DNA of 64,000 nucleotides, from the NCBI GenBank assembly GCA_951406725.2, contig OX597820.1, positions 105,028,001 to 105,092,000 on the forward strand, written 5' to 3'. Source of the DNA: Octopus vulgaris. Taxonomy: Eukaryota. Below the pieces are notes generated by a model. It did not search any database. It worked only from the letters and a program-made list of their open reading frames with translations, and had not been told where the DNA came from. The position numbers and the translations under genes were made by a program. Positions 28,515 to 41,411 of the stretch are shown in pieces; position 1 is the first letter of the stretch; each line of letters starts with the position of its first letter.

Positions 28515-30460
28515 TCAGGCACTGAATAACATCTCTCCTCCCCAAGCCTTACCCCACATTCCTTTCCCAGTTTTCAGAGTTGGCACTGTCAATGTAGGCA
28601 CACTGAAAAGTATGTCTAGTGAGATTGTAGAGATGCTTGAAAAGAGACGGGTTGATGTATGCTGCATACAAGAGGTAAGATGGAGAGGAGCTTCAGCTAG
28701 GGTCCTCACAGGCAAGGCACATAGGTATAAAGTCTTCTTGCAAGGTAACATGGCTGGAGTAGGGTGTGTAGGCATACTCCTTGCAGAGAAAAAGGTGGAT
28801 AAGGTCATAGAGGTTGTCAGGGTATGTAATAGAGAGCTTATGCTCAGGCTAGTCCTGCAGAACAGCACAGCTACAATTATCTCTTCCTACGGCCCACAAG
28901 TGGGGCTACCAAATGATCAGAAGGACCATTTTTATGATACCCTTCTACAGGCTACCTCAAAGATGAGTAGCAATGACCTCACATTTGTGGCTGCAGATTT
29001 TAATGAGCATGTTGGGTGGAAATCCAGTACCTTCACTGGTGTACACAGGGGCCATGGTATTGGTTCCTGGAACGATGAGAGAACTAGGCTACTGAAGTTC
29101 TGTGATGCATATAACCTTTCAATCTGCAACACTAACTTCAGGGAGCCAGACAGCCACCTTATAACCTATCAATTGGGGGACTCCGCTAGCCAGATTGATT
29201 TCATCCTCACCAACAGTGGGACACAGGGTTGCTCTTAAATACAAAGACCTTCCCAGGTGAGGAATGCACTCCTCAGCATAGACTAGTCATTAGTGAATTT
29301 TGACTAGAGATCAGGAGGATGCCAAGAAGCAGACCAATCCAGAAGAGAAGGATTTGGAAGCTAAAGAACCCTTCACATGGTCAGAGATTTAGGGACATCC
29401 TCATCAAGAAATTTGATGAGAGGAAGGAGGAACTACAATCCTCGGACATAGAAGGTAGCTGGAAATTTTTACGGGACAGCTTACTGAGTGCCATACACCA
29501 AGTCTGCCGATGGAGCAAGGTCCCTTCCAGACCTAGAGCAATATGGTGGTGGAATAATACAGTAGACAAAGCCATCAGAGCAAAGAAACAGGCCTAGAAA
29601 GCAACGTGAGGACCAAAGAACTGAGGTATTCCAGATTGCAAGACAGTGTGTGAGAGAAAATTGTGATGTCACAGGAGAGAAAGGTGTCCACATGGATGAT
29701 GGTGCACTTGCTTTTAATGATTTGGAAAAGAAAGCGGCTGGGAGGAGTCATTATGAGAAACTGCTGAATGTGGAGAATGAATGGGAGGAGGAGAGCCTGC
29801 CAAATGTTGACCCAGTAGAGAGACCAGCTATCCAAATAGGCAGTACCCTGGTAGATAAAGCAATTAAGGATATGAAGCCAGAAAAAGCTCCCGGCCCATC
29901 AGGAATCACTGCTGAGATGCTTGAAACATCTGGTGGTGTGGGCTATGGCCTAGTCACCCATATAATAAACCAGGTAGTTCATGATCGAGTTATACTCAAT
30001 GACTGATGTAGCAGCACCATAGTCAACTGTTATAAAGGTTAAGGTGATACTTTAGATAGAACTAACCATAGAGGTATCAAACTGCTGGACCAGGTGATCA
30101 AGGTCACGGAGAGGGTCATATCTCAACTAATTAGGGATAGAGTCTGCTTAGATGAGATGCAGTTCGGTTTTGTGTCCAGTAAAAGTACCACTGATGCTAT
30201 ATACCTGGTACAGCAACTGCAGGAGAAATACCTAGCCAAAGATAAACCCCTATATTTGGCTTTTGTAGACTTGGAGAAAGCCTTTGACAGGGTCCCCCGA
30301 TCCCTTATCTGGTGGGCGATGCAGAAACTGGGGATTGACGAATGGTTAATAAAGGTTGTACAGGCCCTATACAGAGATGCTGTTAGTAGGGTTAGGACTG
30401 GAAGTGAGTATAGTGAAGAATTCCGGGTAGAATAGGAGGTCCACAAGGATCAGCCTTCAG
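28515..30460 (+). mobile_element. Decayed RTE-clade LINE: AP-endonuclease plus N-terminal half of RT
   Basis: APE motifs VGTVNVGTL, VCCIQEVRW, ADFNEHVG and SQIDFIL. RT motifs KAPGPSGITAEML, HRGIKLL, QFGF, AFVDLEKAFDRVPR and GGPQGSA. Stops and frameshifts; the RT breaks off before YADD. Confidence 0.95.
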
Positions 30461-30926
30461 TCTGTGCCGGTGGCACATAAAAAGCACCATCCGATCATGG
30501 TCATTGCCATCTCCTCTGGCCCCTGTGCTGCTGGCATGTAAAAAGCATCCACTACATTCACAGAGTGGTTGGTGTTTGGAAGGGCATCAAGCTGTAGAAA
30601 CACTGCCAGATCAGATTGGGGCCTGGTGCATCCTCCTGGCTTCCCAGACCCCAGTCGAACTGCCCAATCCATGCCAGCATGGAAAATAGACGTTAAACGA
30701 TGATGCTGGTGATGATGATCTGTATGTATGGATGACCACAATTTTACTTAGCTTGACATGTCGTATATTACTGTATAAGCACATAATAAAGCACCCTTAC
30801 TTAAACACTTTGAGCTGGAAATCGAAAACCAAAACCTGCCAACCATTTTGTTCTAGACACAAATAGTATTATTACACCATTTTATCACTATATATTAGCT
30901 AGCTAGACATAAAAATTTGAAATTAC

Positions 30927-31034
30927 CTTAACCAAATTGTCGACGGCCATTTTGACAGCTTGTACTGGCCGAGCCAAATCAGGCATGGCGTTTCCATCTT
31001 CAGCTTCTTCATGTAGAATCACAAGTTTGGAAAC
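30927..31034 (-). CDS. VCL: Vinculin, internal coding exon (probably coding exon 2), 108 bp, phase 0/0: [36 protein letters not shown]
   Basis: Translated by hand from the minus strand. Closely matches the invertebrate vinculin N-terminus that follows MPVFHTKTIESIL(D/E)PVAQQ. Polypyrimidine acceptor ttcttattttttcag at 31035 and up, donor gtaatt at 30926 and down. Joins in frame to the 18799 exon. Confidence 0.96.
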
Positions 31035-31361
31035 CTGAAAAAATAAGAAAAATGTTTATTAAATAAGCAAAGACAAGAAAAGAACATTGAGAAAACATTC
31101 TTTAATATACACAAAAAAAGTCATTGCATCAGGCCCGAGACAGATGTTCTAAAGCTTGTCATGGATATAAAAACATCATATTTCCATTAAGTTCTTCAGT
31201 TCAAAATGCTACTAACACATACACATACATACATACAAACTTAGAAGACTCTGTCAATGTAAAAGCATTGAGTATACCTTCAGTTTAATTTTAAATTGTT
31301 TTCATAAATAAGCATAAAAAACACTAATGTGTGTGTGTACACAAGCATACATATATGTGTA

Positions 31362-31397
<36 letters not shown>

Positions 31398-31630
31398 GCA
31401 GAGTAAGCACATAAATGTGAAACAAAGTGGAAAAAAGAGTACTCAAATACCAGAGGTAGAGTAATATGCTTTATATAAAAGCAGCAGAAATATAACAAAA
31501 GCTGTTACTCAGAGTTCCATGTTCCTGTTCGTCGGACAGTTTTGTTAAAATAGACAAAAACTGTCCGACGAACGGGAATGTGAAACTCTGAGTAACAGCT
31601 TTTGTTATATTTCTGCTGCTTTAAATAAAG

Positions 31631-31635
<5 letters not shown>
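31398..31635. mobile_element. Fold-back element in (TA)n with hammerhead motifs on both strands (putative Penelope-like pLTR remnant)
   Basis: Arms ~31464-31545 and ~31554-31635. Same ~65-bp unique leader as the 58462 copy. Confidence 0.8.
31561..31598 (+). ncRNA. Type I minimal hammerhead motif, variant core CCGACGA
   Basis: CTGT-CCGACGA-ACG GGAA TGT-GAAA-CTC T GAG-TA-ACAG. Helix I extends as ACAAAAACTGT/ACAGCTTTTGT. Confidence 0.65.
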
Positions 31636-31711
<76 letters not shown>

Positions 31712-31781
31712 TTTAATCAATATAGGGTAGCAAAAAATTCAGCAGAAATTATTTGCCACCAGCGGTCGTTCCTTAATTTTG

Positions 31782-31821
<40 letters not shown>

Positions 31822-34014
31822 CAGATGCCTTTCAAATATTTTTCTCCAAGAAAATCTTGTTTCTCAAATTTCTTTCAGAAGACTTGTATTAATTTACTGA
31901 ATATGCATTCAGAACTTTCGTACCATTAATAAACCAGGTTAATCACCAAGCCCCATATTCTATTGGTATTCTGAAGAACCCCCAACCCACAAAATAGCAC
32001 AGTAAAACTACCGACATATATTTAGTTTATAATTAGTGAACTACAGAACAGAAGTGCTTCTTTTGCTTTTATAAACATTTAACAGCTGTATAATTCTTAT
32101 TTATCTTGGGAAGCTTCTTTAACATTTTTAATACCAATCCCACCTGAGACTACCTCTGGTTCTATGATATAAATTTCCTATTTCAAAGTGATCTAATTAA
32201 AAACCTCCCATCAAAACTTCATGTAAATTTATGTTCCAAAACTCCATCTTGATAATGACAAAATTATTTTACTAAATTTCTCATTATTTTCAAAATTCAT
32301 TGAAATAAAGATATATGGCAACAAAAACAGTTAAAACAAGACATGCAATCTTTGTTACAATATGGTGCACTTTCACTGTTAGAGATAACAATATAAGGCA
32401 AACTGAAGCAAAATCAAATACATTTATTGTATAACCTGAGAACAACAGATTTTAATAAAAGAATTCCACTTTATTAAATTTTTGGTTGTAAGCTTATTAC
32501 AAATTATTTTTATAGTGGTTTTTGATCAGTTCCAGCCTATCTATTCTGTTTCAAGTTATATCATTGTTGATTTTAGGATATTTAATCCCAATAACTTAAA
32601 TGGTACTATGAAATGATATGTGTATGATTAGATAAAGAAACATTTGAATGTTTCATATAAAAAATCGTTTTAAGGTTTATGGAACACACGCACGCACACA
32701 CACAAGTGTGTGTATATGTGTGTAATAAGAGCTTATTCCATAAGTAAAGCAACATTTAAATATATTTTATATTAAAAATCTTGACATTGATGATCCTAAC
32801 AGTGTGTGTTTGTGAGAGAAAGAGAGAGAGAGGGGGGGACTAACAGCAAAAACGCATCCAAATTTTGTAATTTTCTAATATGCCCAGTCTGGTAAATATA
32901 GTCCCAGTGGTGAAGATATATTTCAAGAAAGATTGAGAAAATGCTGCTGTGTTCCTTCAAGCATGGAAGGTTGTTATAAATACACATCAGCAAACAAGAA
33001 AATGTATATTTGTAGATAGCAAAAATAAATTTTACTATGGCAAAAAGAAAAAAAGAGAAAACGAAATAAAAATTCATATACTTTAAATTAGGGAATGTGG
33101 AAATTATATGAGAAAATGAAAAAAAATATATAAAATCAAAATAAACAAATGCAAAAGTATGTGAAATGTAAGCGTGATATGGGATATATAGTAATTTGAA
33201 CTGTTGAGTCTGCTAATAATAAATACAAAAATGCCCACAAGACACGATTTGAGTATAAAGCAAAATGGGTATTCTATAATATACACAACACAGATACAGC
33301 AGATAAATAAGAATTGAACTATAGAATATACACAAGAAAGAAATGTTCAACAGAAGTGAGTGTATATATGAAAGAGAGATAGATTGAAAGAACAAGCTAA
33401 CTGAAACAAGCAGAAAGACTGAAGTGGGGGAGAGACAACACATGTCTATGTATGTATATGTATGAGAGAGAGAGAGAGAGAGAGAAAGCAAGCTAACCAA
33501 ACAAATAAGAAGACTAAAGAGAGAGAGAGAGATAAAGAGAGAAAATAGGCCAGGCAGAGAGACAAACAGAGAGAAGAAAACCAAGTTAGAGATTCATTAC
33601 ACACCAGATAGGTGGCAGGAAAGTATACCATTACACTCAAGAAAACAGTGGCAAATTTCAAAGAACTGTCATGTTCCAGAAGTAAATATGACCAAATCTC
33701 TCTAAAGACATTACACCTTGAGCTGGGGATAAAGTCAGAAAATCTTCCTTTTGTAGGTTCCTTACGTATGTGCAGTATCACGAATTCATAGTGGTGGTGA
33801 GGTAAATGGTATCATATAACATTTTTGCTTTCCCCACCCACAGGTTAAAACAGCTTCAATCAATTTTTAAGATCAGACTCTTGAATGTATGTTTGTGTAC
33901 ATGTGTATGTACCAAGACTTCTTGACAGTGGTCATGTGGCAATATGAATCTAGTTGACCATATCAAAATGCATGAGTGCGTGATGTGTGAATATATATGA
34001 TAGGTGTGAGTGAA

Positions 34015-34220
34015 GATGCGTGGCTGAATGGTGAGGGTACCTGGCTCGTTATCATAAGGTCATGAGTTCTTTCACATTGCTCTAATCCAGTCAACTGGGA
34101 AAACTGAGTAGCACCTGTAATTCAAAGAGCCAGTGTTGTCACATCCTGTTTCACATTAAATTTATCTGTGGAGTACTCAGCACAATAATTTTATGAACAG
34201 GCTCAACATCTGAGTATCAG
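34015..34220 (+). mobile_element. tRNA-derived SINE family C; second copy ~59450-59770(-)
   Basis: tRNA-like head plus shared TTGCTC.A.TC.A.TCA.CTGG.AAAACTGAG..CACCTGTA.TTCAA..GCCAG..TTGTCACAT. Confidence 0.6.
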
Positions 34221-34463
34221 TTAATATGATGGGTGTATGGCTAAGTTTGATTCAGAACCACATGGTTCTGGATTCAGTCTCACTGAATGACACCTCAGGC
34301 AAAAGTTTTCTACAACAACCTCAGACTAAACTAGAAGATATGTCTAATACAAGATATGTATACAAATACATATATCTATGAATTATATTTTTGTGTGTGC
34401 ATATACACATACACATATATATGAGAGTATATACAATATATGTGTATGTATGTATGTATACAT

Positions 34464-34498
<35 letters not shown>

Positions 34499-34616
34499 AT
34501 TTCTTGTAAACTGTTTTTAACATTTTCTTATTATTATCAAAGAATGTATATATGTATTTTAATACTTTTGTGACAACCAGTACTTAACACAACAAAGCTC
34601 ATACAAAGCTTTACAT

Positions 34617-34664
34617 TTTACTTTTGACAATCTTTTTCTAAAAAAGTGAAACCGGTCAAGTGAA
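34617..34664 (+). ncRNA. Type I hammerhead motif with U3-A8 core
   Basis: TTTACTT-TTGACAA-T CTTTTT CTA AAAAAG T-GAAA-CCG-GTC-AAGTGAA. 7-bp helix I, palindromic helix III ACCGGT, GUC triplet. Lies in a ~200-bp insert between (TA)n runs. Confidence 0.68.
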
Positions 34665-34724
34665 TAAATATCTTTAAAATTGCATTTTGAAACCTTCTTT
34701 CATATTATATATATATATATATAT

Positions 34725-35035
34725 AATTTCAACAATTGAGGGTAAAATTAATTAATTAATTAATTTCACCAAGTATTCAGTATGCAAAGGGACCATTTAA
34801 GGCGAATTCAAATTATTACATTATATAAAAGGGCTTAGTAAAATAAATTACTTTGCCGCATACTGAACTCATTAGAAATAGCAGCTAAAAAAAACTTTTT
34901 TAAAACTATTTCCAATACTTAAAGAAAATCTCTCTCATATAGTGTTTGCTCAACTCAACTCACGAAAGTATGGGGGTAGAGACATTAAAAAATCAAATGC
35001 AAAGTAATTTATTTTACTAAGCCCTTTTATATAAT
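34725..35035. mobile_element. (TA)n-embedded element with ~37-bp perfect inverted repeat (probable Penelope-like remnant)
   Basis: ATTATATAAAAGGGCTTAGTAAAATAAATTACTTTGC at ~34820-34857 and its reverse complement at ~34999-35035. Confidence 0.6.
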
Positions 35036-35073
35036 ATATATATATATATATATATAAATAGCACAAGTGCCAG

Positions 35074-35119
35074 AGTGACTCAAGGGCCAAGAGTTTCAAG
35101 CATTAGCACTTATCAAACT
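35074..35119 (-). ncRNA. Type I hammerhead motif with U3-A8 core (left arm of a decayed palindrome)
   Basis: Minus strand: AGT-TTGATAA-GTGC TAAT GCTT-GAAA-CTC ttggccctt GA-GTC-ACT. A degenerate mirror copy lies on + at 35125-35172. Confidence 0.6.
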
Positions 35120-35202
35120 TATCAAAGCTTGATAATTGCTAACACACAAAACCCTCAACCCTTGAGTTACTTTGTTGCTTCTGCTAAATGTCAATAAAAA
35201 AG

Positions 35203-35251
<49 letters not shown>

Positions 35252-38200
35252 TCTGATCGTGGCCATTGCCAGACTCGCTTGGCCCCCATGCCGGTGGCAC
35301 ATAAAAAGCACCATCCGACCGTGGCCGTTGCCAGTGCCGCCCTGACTGGCACCCATGCCGGTGGCACGTAAAAAGCACCATCCGATCGTGGCCGTTGCCA
35401 GCCCCGTCTGGCACGTAAAAAGCACCCACTACACTCACGGAGTGGTTGGCGTTAGGAAGGGCATCCAGCCGTAGAAACATTGCCAGATCAGGCTGGGCCT
35501 GGTGCAGCCTTCTGGCTTCCCAGACCCCAGTTGAACCGTCCAACCCATGCTAGCATGGAAAGCGGATGCTAAATGATGATGATGATGATGATGATATAGT
35601 ATAGTCAAATGGTTATGAAATCCACTCCATAATTCTGAGGTCAAGGTTCTATACCACTATATAACATCATGGGTATATATCTTCTCCCCTACCATACCCT
35701 ACCCTAGCTGCAAATCAACCCAAGTGTTGTGAGTAAAATTGTGTAAACAGAAACTGTATAGAGGCCAGTTGAATGGATTGTACTTGAAAGGTAACCTTGT
35801 CATGCACTGTGAAACATCTTGGTTGAGTATTAGTTCAACAGACCTGTGTACCTAAGAGTAGACATGTCTGTAGAATACTCAGCCACTTACATATTCAACT
35901 GAATCCTCATCTTCTTAACATCACATGACAGTTATAAACAAGCATCATCATCATACAAGCAGTGCCCTGTGTTTCTTATTTGGCCAAGAGGAAATATTAA
36001 TGTGCCTGGAAACAGATTTGAGTTGTCAGCAGGAAGGGCATCCAGTTATATAAAATCTACAGCAATGAATTCTGTCTGATTCATGTGAACATGAAAAGTA
36101 GATGTTAAAATTAAGAGAAGGAAGATGATGATGATGGTTTATATATACACATATATTTATTATTTCAATATTATATAACTGAAGAACTTAATGACACCAA
36201 CTTGTCTGCACCACAGTTAAACAAAACAGAATTGAGAGATGGGGAGTTGGTTAAATAACATTGTTTTCTGAACGAAGGACAATTACAGATTAAATTGCTA
36301 GATTATACGACTGCTACAAAGTCAACTCAAGCTACAAAGCTAGAGAGACTTAATAGATGAAATGGGTTGGGTTGTCATCCTTGAAAGCTGAGCAGTCCCA
36401 AGTAGTAAGACGATACAAATGTCACCTAACAGAGAGAGAAAGAGAGACAAGGATAGATAGAGACAAAGATATGTGGCTGGCAACTGAATGCTAAATAGTC
36501 ATAAGCACCAGTATATAAAATACATGAAACAAAAGGTTGGGGTTAGAAGTCAACAGAACATAAAAGTTAAAGAGAAAATTTACCAAGAAGAATTTACCAA
36601 TTCTGTGTTTGTATACACAAGTGTGTGAGAGAGAGAGAGAGAAAGAGAGAGAGAGAAAGAGAGAGAGAGAGCATGTGCACATGTCTGAAGAGTAATGGTT
36701 TGATAAAATTACATAATATGTGATATACGTGTAATCAACATCAACACTCGCACAAAAAAATACCTTTGATGGTATGTTTGGCTAAATTCAACTTAGGATA
36801 ATTCTTTCCCACTCTTAATAAGATAAGGAAATCATAGAACACACATACATGCACACACAGTTGTCTATATACGTGTGAGTAAAAGCCATTTTAATTTGTT
36901 AACATTATTATACAACATGTGGTAATAATTGCTGTTGTAACAAATTGTCAAGCTAACTTCAGTTTTTGTACATTTGCATAAATTCCATCTTTAGCTTTGA
37001 TCAGATCAATACATCTCAAGCAATGAATTTATAATAATTCTAAATGCACACACAATCAATCATCATCATTAATTTAATGCCCGTTCTTCATTTCTCACTA
37101 TTGATTGGATATCTCTGCTGAAAAGCATATTACCATCTTGTAATTTCTTTTGCAAGGCTCTTCCTCTGGTGGTTTGACAAATGCATGTACACATACATAT
37201 GTACATGCATATATTAACATATCCATTGCTTACTAATTAGTCACAAAGTGAAGATAACTTTTTAGCCCAGCAGCTTTTCCCACAACTATTACAGAAATGT
37301 CTGCTCTCAAGTAAATGCAATGTGGAATCATGATATTTGGTATTGTGTACAAACATATGTCCAATTTTACAGCCAAACAACAATACAGATAAAATGTAGG
37401 TTTAACTCTTTAGCATTCAGATTACACTGTCAAATGAAATGTCTATTTATTCACATTGTTTTGAATTAATCAATCATTGTTTTATAGATAAAGGATTTTT
37501 ATGATGTAATTGTTTATTTTTAGAATGATGTTACAGAGTAGAAATGAAAAGCTGGATCTGACAAATATGAACTTAAAACAGATAGCTATCTGGGCTGGAA
37601 ATGGATGGTTTAAATGCTAAAGGATTAAGAATTAGATTCTTAAGTGACATTTTGAATATGCTAGGACCATAATGATGATTGTTATTTTCCAAAAGATATC
37701 ATTAATTTCTGGATTTTATTTGCAATTTTGTCATCCCTATTCAATAGGATTTACAACCCTATTCAATATGCTGCCAGCATATATGAAAGAAGGAAAGCAC
37801 ATTTTTTTAAAGTTTTACCATATACTGATGTTTTAGGAATCACAGAAGGTTTTCCAAGACAAGGCTGATAAAGAACAGCTTTTATCAAGATTTATCATTA
37901 CGCTTAACATGTCACATGCCAATGAAATATCTACAAGAATCTGAAGATCTTTTTCATAGCATACAGCAATATCACAGTCACCAGTGTGCAAGAGATTTCT
38001 TATCAGAGATATATAACTGTATCATTTAGAATTGTGTTGTTTCAGATTGAGTAACAAACCAGTTGTGTAATAGCATGTATAAATAACCTCAGAGCAAACA
38101 CTGAAAGCAATGGAAAAAATTATTGTAAAAGGCAAAAGGAGATAGGAACATGTCTGTAACTTGCTGCAGAATAAATATAACAAAGGATTCTGCCTGTAAA

Positions 38201-40199
38201 GTACACTGTTCAGTTGTTTTTTTGAGGAGTGTGATTGGGAGGGGGTCTGTCTATGTTTATATCATTTACTAATATATAAGAGATACACACACATATAAGT
38301 CCATACGATTTTTGTCTACCCAATTTCCGCAATGTACTGGTCAACTTCAGCCATTGTAGAGAGCTATGTGGTTCTGAATTTGATCCAAATGTGTGGTCAA
38401 GGTACCACAAAACATAGCTACAAACTTCTTAACCATATAGCCATGCCAACCTATCCATGCCCACCACATCTAGTTTTCCTTACCCTTCAGTTTAATTAAA
38501 TAAAACACTATGTCATTAGTAAGGATATAAATATAATTTCTTCACTTTGGTTAACCTTAAAATGGTTGTCTAAACAATAAAAGACTATCTTTGGCATATA
38601 GTTGAGCTGACAAAGGAGGTTCATCTATCTAGTCACATGTTCTGCTTAACACATAAAGCACGATGGGCCACAATCATGTCCCAGATAGATGCATTTAATT
38701 TATGGGCGATTGTTGAGGTCTAATGTCACTCAAATGCTCCAATACCCCCCGGAATGCAAGAGAACTAATAGTTCAACAAATAATTTTTCAGACGATGTAA
38801 AACTTGCCACCATTGTATACTAAGAAGATATTTTAACTATATTTTGTTTTTTTATGTGCGCATGGTAGTCCCATTTTCATAAAATGCACTCAGCAATCCA
38901 TGCTATGTAAGTGCAAATCCCAGCACTTTATGGGCTAACAAGGTTACCAAATCTCCTATATCAAAAGTATTTTTTAAACATTGAAATAGAGACTAAAACA
39001 TTGTTACAGAAATGAAAGCTAGGGGAAGAGATCAGAGTTTTCTTCCTTACATTAGAGAGATACTTGCTTCCTTGAAAATGAATGTAAATAAGGTTGGTAA
39101 AATTTTTAATCAATGTAGTCCTGCATGGTATTGTATCTTACAAGAAGTTAAGAGTTCAAGACAATATTATCAGGAAGATATGATCACTATTATATAAGAA
39201 ATGATTCCAGTACTAAAAAGTATCAATCCAAACATAAAAATATATCAATCTTTAAATTATTAACCCTTTTGAGGCCATATATCTCATAAAAAGAAAACAC
39301 TGGTTGCTTGATTCATTCAAGTTAGCAAATAGTCAAGAATTTGGAGGTATTTAATAAAATAAATTTTCACTATTAAGCTCATGTTTGGAACAAATAGTTC
39401 ATACCTAAAATTATGAAGGAAAATTTTATTTAATTTAAATGTGATTACTTTAACCCTTTTAATACCAACCAACTTAAGATTGCTCTTGATTCTGTGATAC
39501 AAACTCCATGTTTTAAAGTGATCTCAAAAACTTTCAACAGAATTTTATGTTAATTTATGCTTGAGAAACCAGTTTAATAATGACAAAATTATTAAGTTCT
39601 TCATTGTTTTCAAATTAATTGAAACAAAGTCAGTGTAGTTTAAATGAAATATGGTAACAGAGGAGTTAAAACAAGAGGGGTTTTTTTTATATAATAAAAG
39701 CTGAATTCTTATCAAAAATGTTGAAACAATTTTAGTATGGAGCTGATTTTTGAGGTTCATGACAGACATTAATTCAATTAAAAAACAAACCAGAGAATAA
39801 ACAGAATGGAACATTCATTAAAAAGAACAGGCGTCTAATTATTCAAATAAATGCTGGAAAAGTATGAAGAGATATGAAACTTGAAAAGTTTTCTTGGTCA
39901 CTGCTTGCTATATATTGCTATTTCTTGTTGAAATAACAATGCCATATTTCTGTTGAGATACATTGCCTTTGTTTCAATTATTTATTAAAGTAATCAAGAA
40001 TTTAGTAAAATAACTTTTGTTATTATTAAGCTGGGCTTCAGAACATAACATGAAATTTTGATTGAAAGCTTTAATTAAGATGGCTTTAAAACAAAGTTTG
40101 TATCATAGTACCAGAGGCCATCTCAGGTGAGTTGGTATCAAAGGGGATAAAGAAATATGTATCAAGAAACAAACTGTTTATTTGAGATATACATTGTAT

Positions 40200-40680
40200 C
40201 ATGTTGCTGTTTAGCTGTATGTCATCCCTTAACAAGCAGACCTATAATAGTCAGACATTCTAACTGCAACCATCTCAACCATTTGCTTTTTTTGTGTTTT
40301 TGTAGTTTTTTTTTTGTTTTTTTTTGGTAATGAGTATAGGTCTATATTAACTAATCCATCTTTTTCTTAATCCTTTAGCATTCAGATTATTGTCAAATGC
40401 AATACCTATTTATTTGAATTGTTTTCTATTAATTATGCCTTATCTCATAGCTTCGACACTTTGATGATGAGATTATCTATTTTAGAGCGATATTATAGGG
40501 TAGGTGTGAGAGGCCAAATCTAGTCAGTCTCAACACAAAATGGGTAGAATATTTTGGTTGGATATAGCCAGTTTAAATATTAAAGGATTAAGGCTGGTTG
40601 GGTGTGATTTAAAAAAAAAAATTAGCTGATATTTCTAGCAGTTTGAATGACCACATAAACCTCTCTTTGGCGGCATATTA
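40200..40680 (-). mobile_element. Old SINE-like family D, split by the TTAA-MITE at 40367-40590; other copies ~3180-3360(-), 42520-42680, 45370-45480, 56050-56220, 63710-63920(-)
   Basis: Shared AGAAATAGCAGCCAAATCTCC.TCAAATCACA...GCTGGAATG.CTTTGATCATA.GTCTGCT motif. Confidence 0.6.
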
Positions 40681-41368
40681 GATGGTAGTTTGGAAATGTA
40701 GAAAAGAGGTGGTAGCTAGTAAGACAAGCGGGGCTGCCAGCTGGTGACAAGAAGAGTTTCAGTGGATGGCAAACAGATGAGAAATTACATGTACTTTAAA
40801 AAAAAGGCTCCCCACTTCTCTGTGTGTGTGTGTGTGTGTGCACGCACGTGCATGCTGTATGTGTGTGTTTTATATTATGTAGTGTTGTAGAGAAAAATAA
40901 GTACTTAAAATGCACCTACTTATTTTTATGTATGTGTGTGCATGTGCACACTCATGTGTATACATGTTTTGGTTTGTTTTTTTTATTCTTTAAGCCACGA
41001 GAGAGGGCAGTAATCATGACCCATTATAGAACCCCAAGACTGGTGGGAGGGAGGAAGGAAGATACCTTCAAACCAGCAACCTGGCTTGAATGTTTGAAAA
41101 GAATGGACTCTACTAAAGCATTCAAGGAACCAGGTGGTGGTATTAAATGGAGCCACAGGTTAAATCTACCCCCAAGTAAGTCATGAGGAAATATGAACTC
41201 AGAACAAATACCATTCTGACATTCCTACAGTTCTACCAATCCAGCACTTTGGACTGGTACATTTTTATTGACTCTAAAAGGATGAAAAATAAAGCTGACC
41301 ATGGCAGGATTTGAACTCAGAGCACAGTAAGTCAGAACAAATACTGACACTAACAACCATACCAATTC

Positions 41369-41411
<43 letters not shown>

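Noticed and set aside
33213-33781. ORFs of 111-123 aa
   Set aside because: Driven by (GA)n/(CT)n low complexity, with no recognisable domain. The same applies to the TH/CV/YI-repeat ORFs throughout the track.
34928-34985. GTG...CAC-GAAA..GTA-GAGA hammerhead-like layout
   Set aside because: The 7-nt core position reads TCATATA and helix III does not pair.
35250-35430. CRISPR-like repeat-spacer array
   Set aside because: Eukaryotic intron, the spacers are related to each other, there are no cas genes, and it is part of a retroelement 3' region.
38620-38800. Tc1-like transposase fragment (LWAIVE)
   Set aside because: Too short and degenerate to support without a search.
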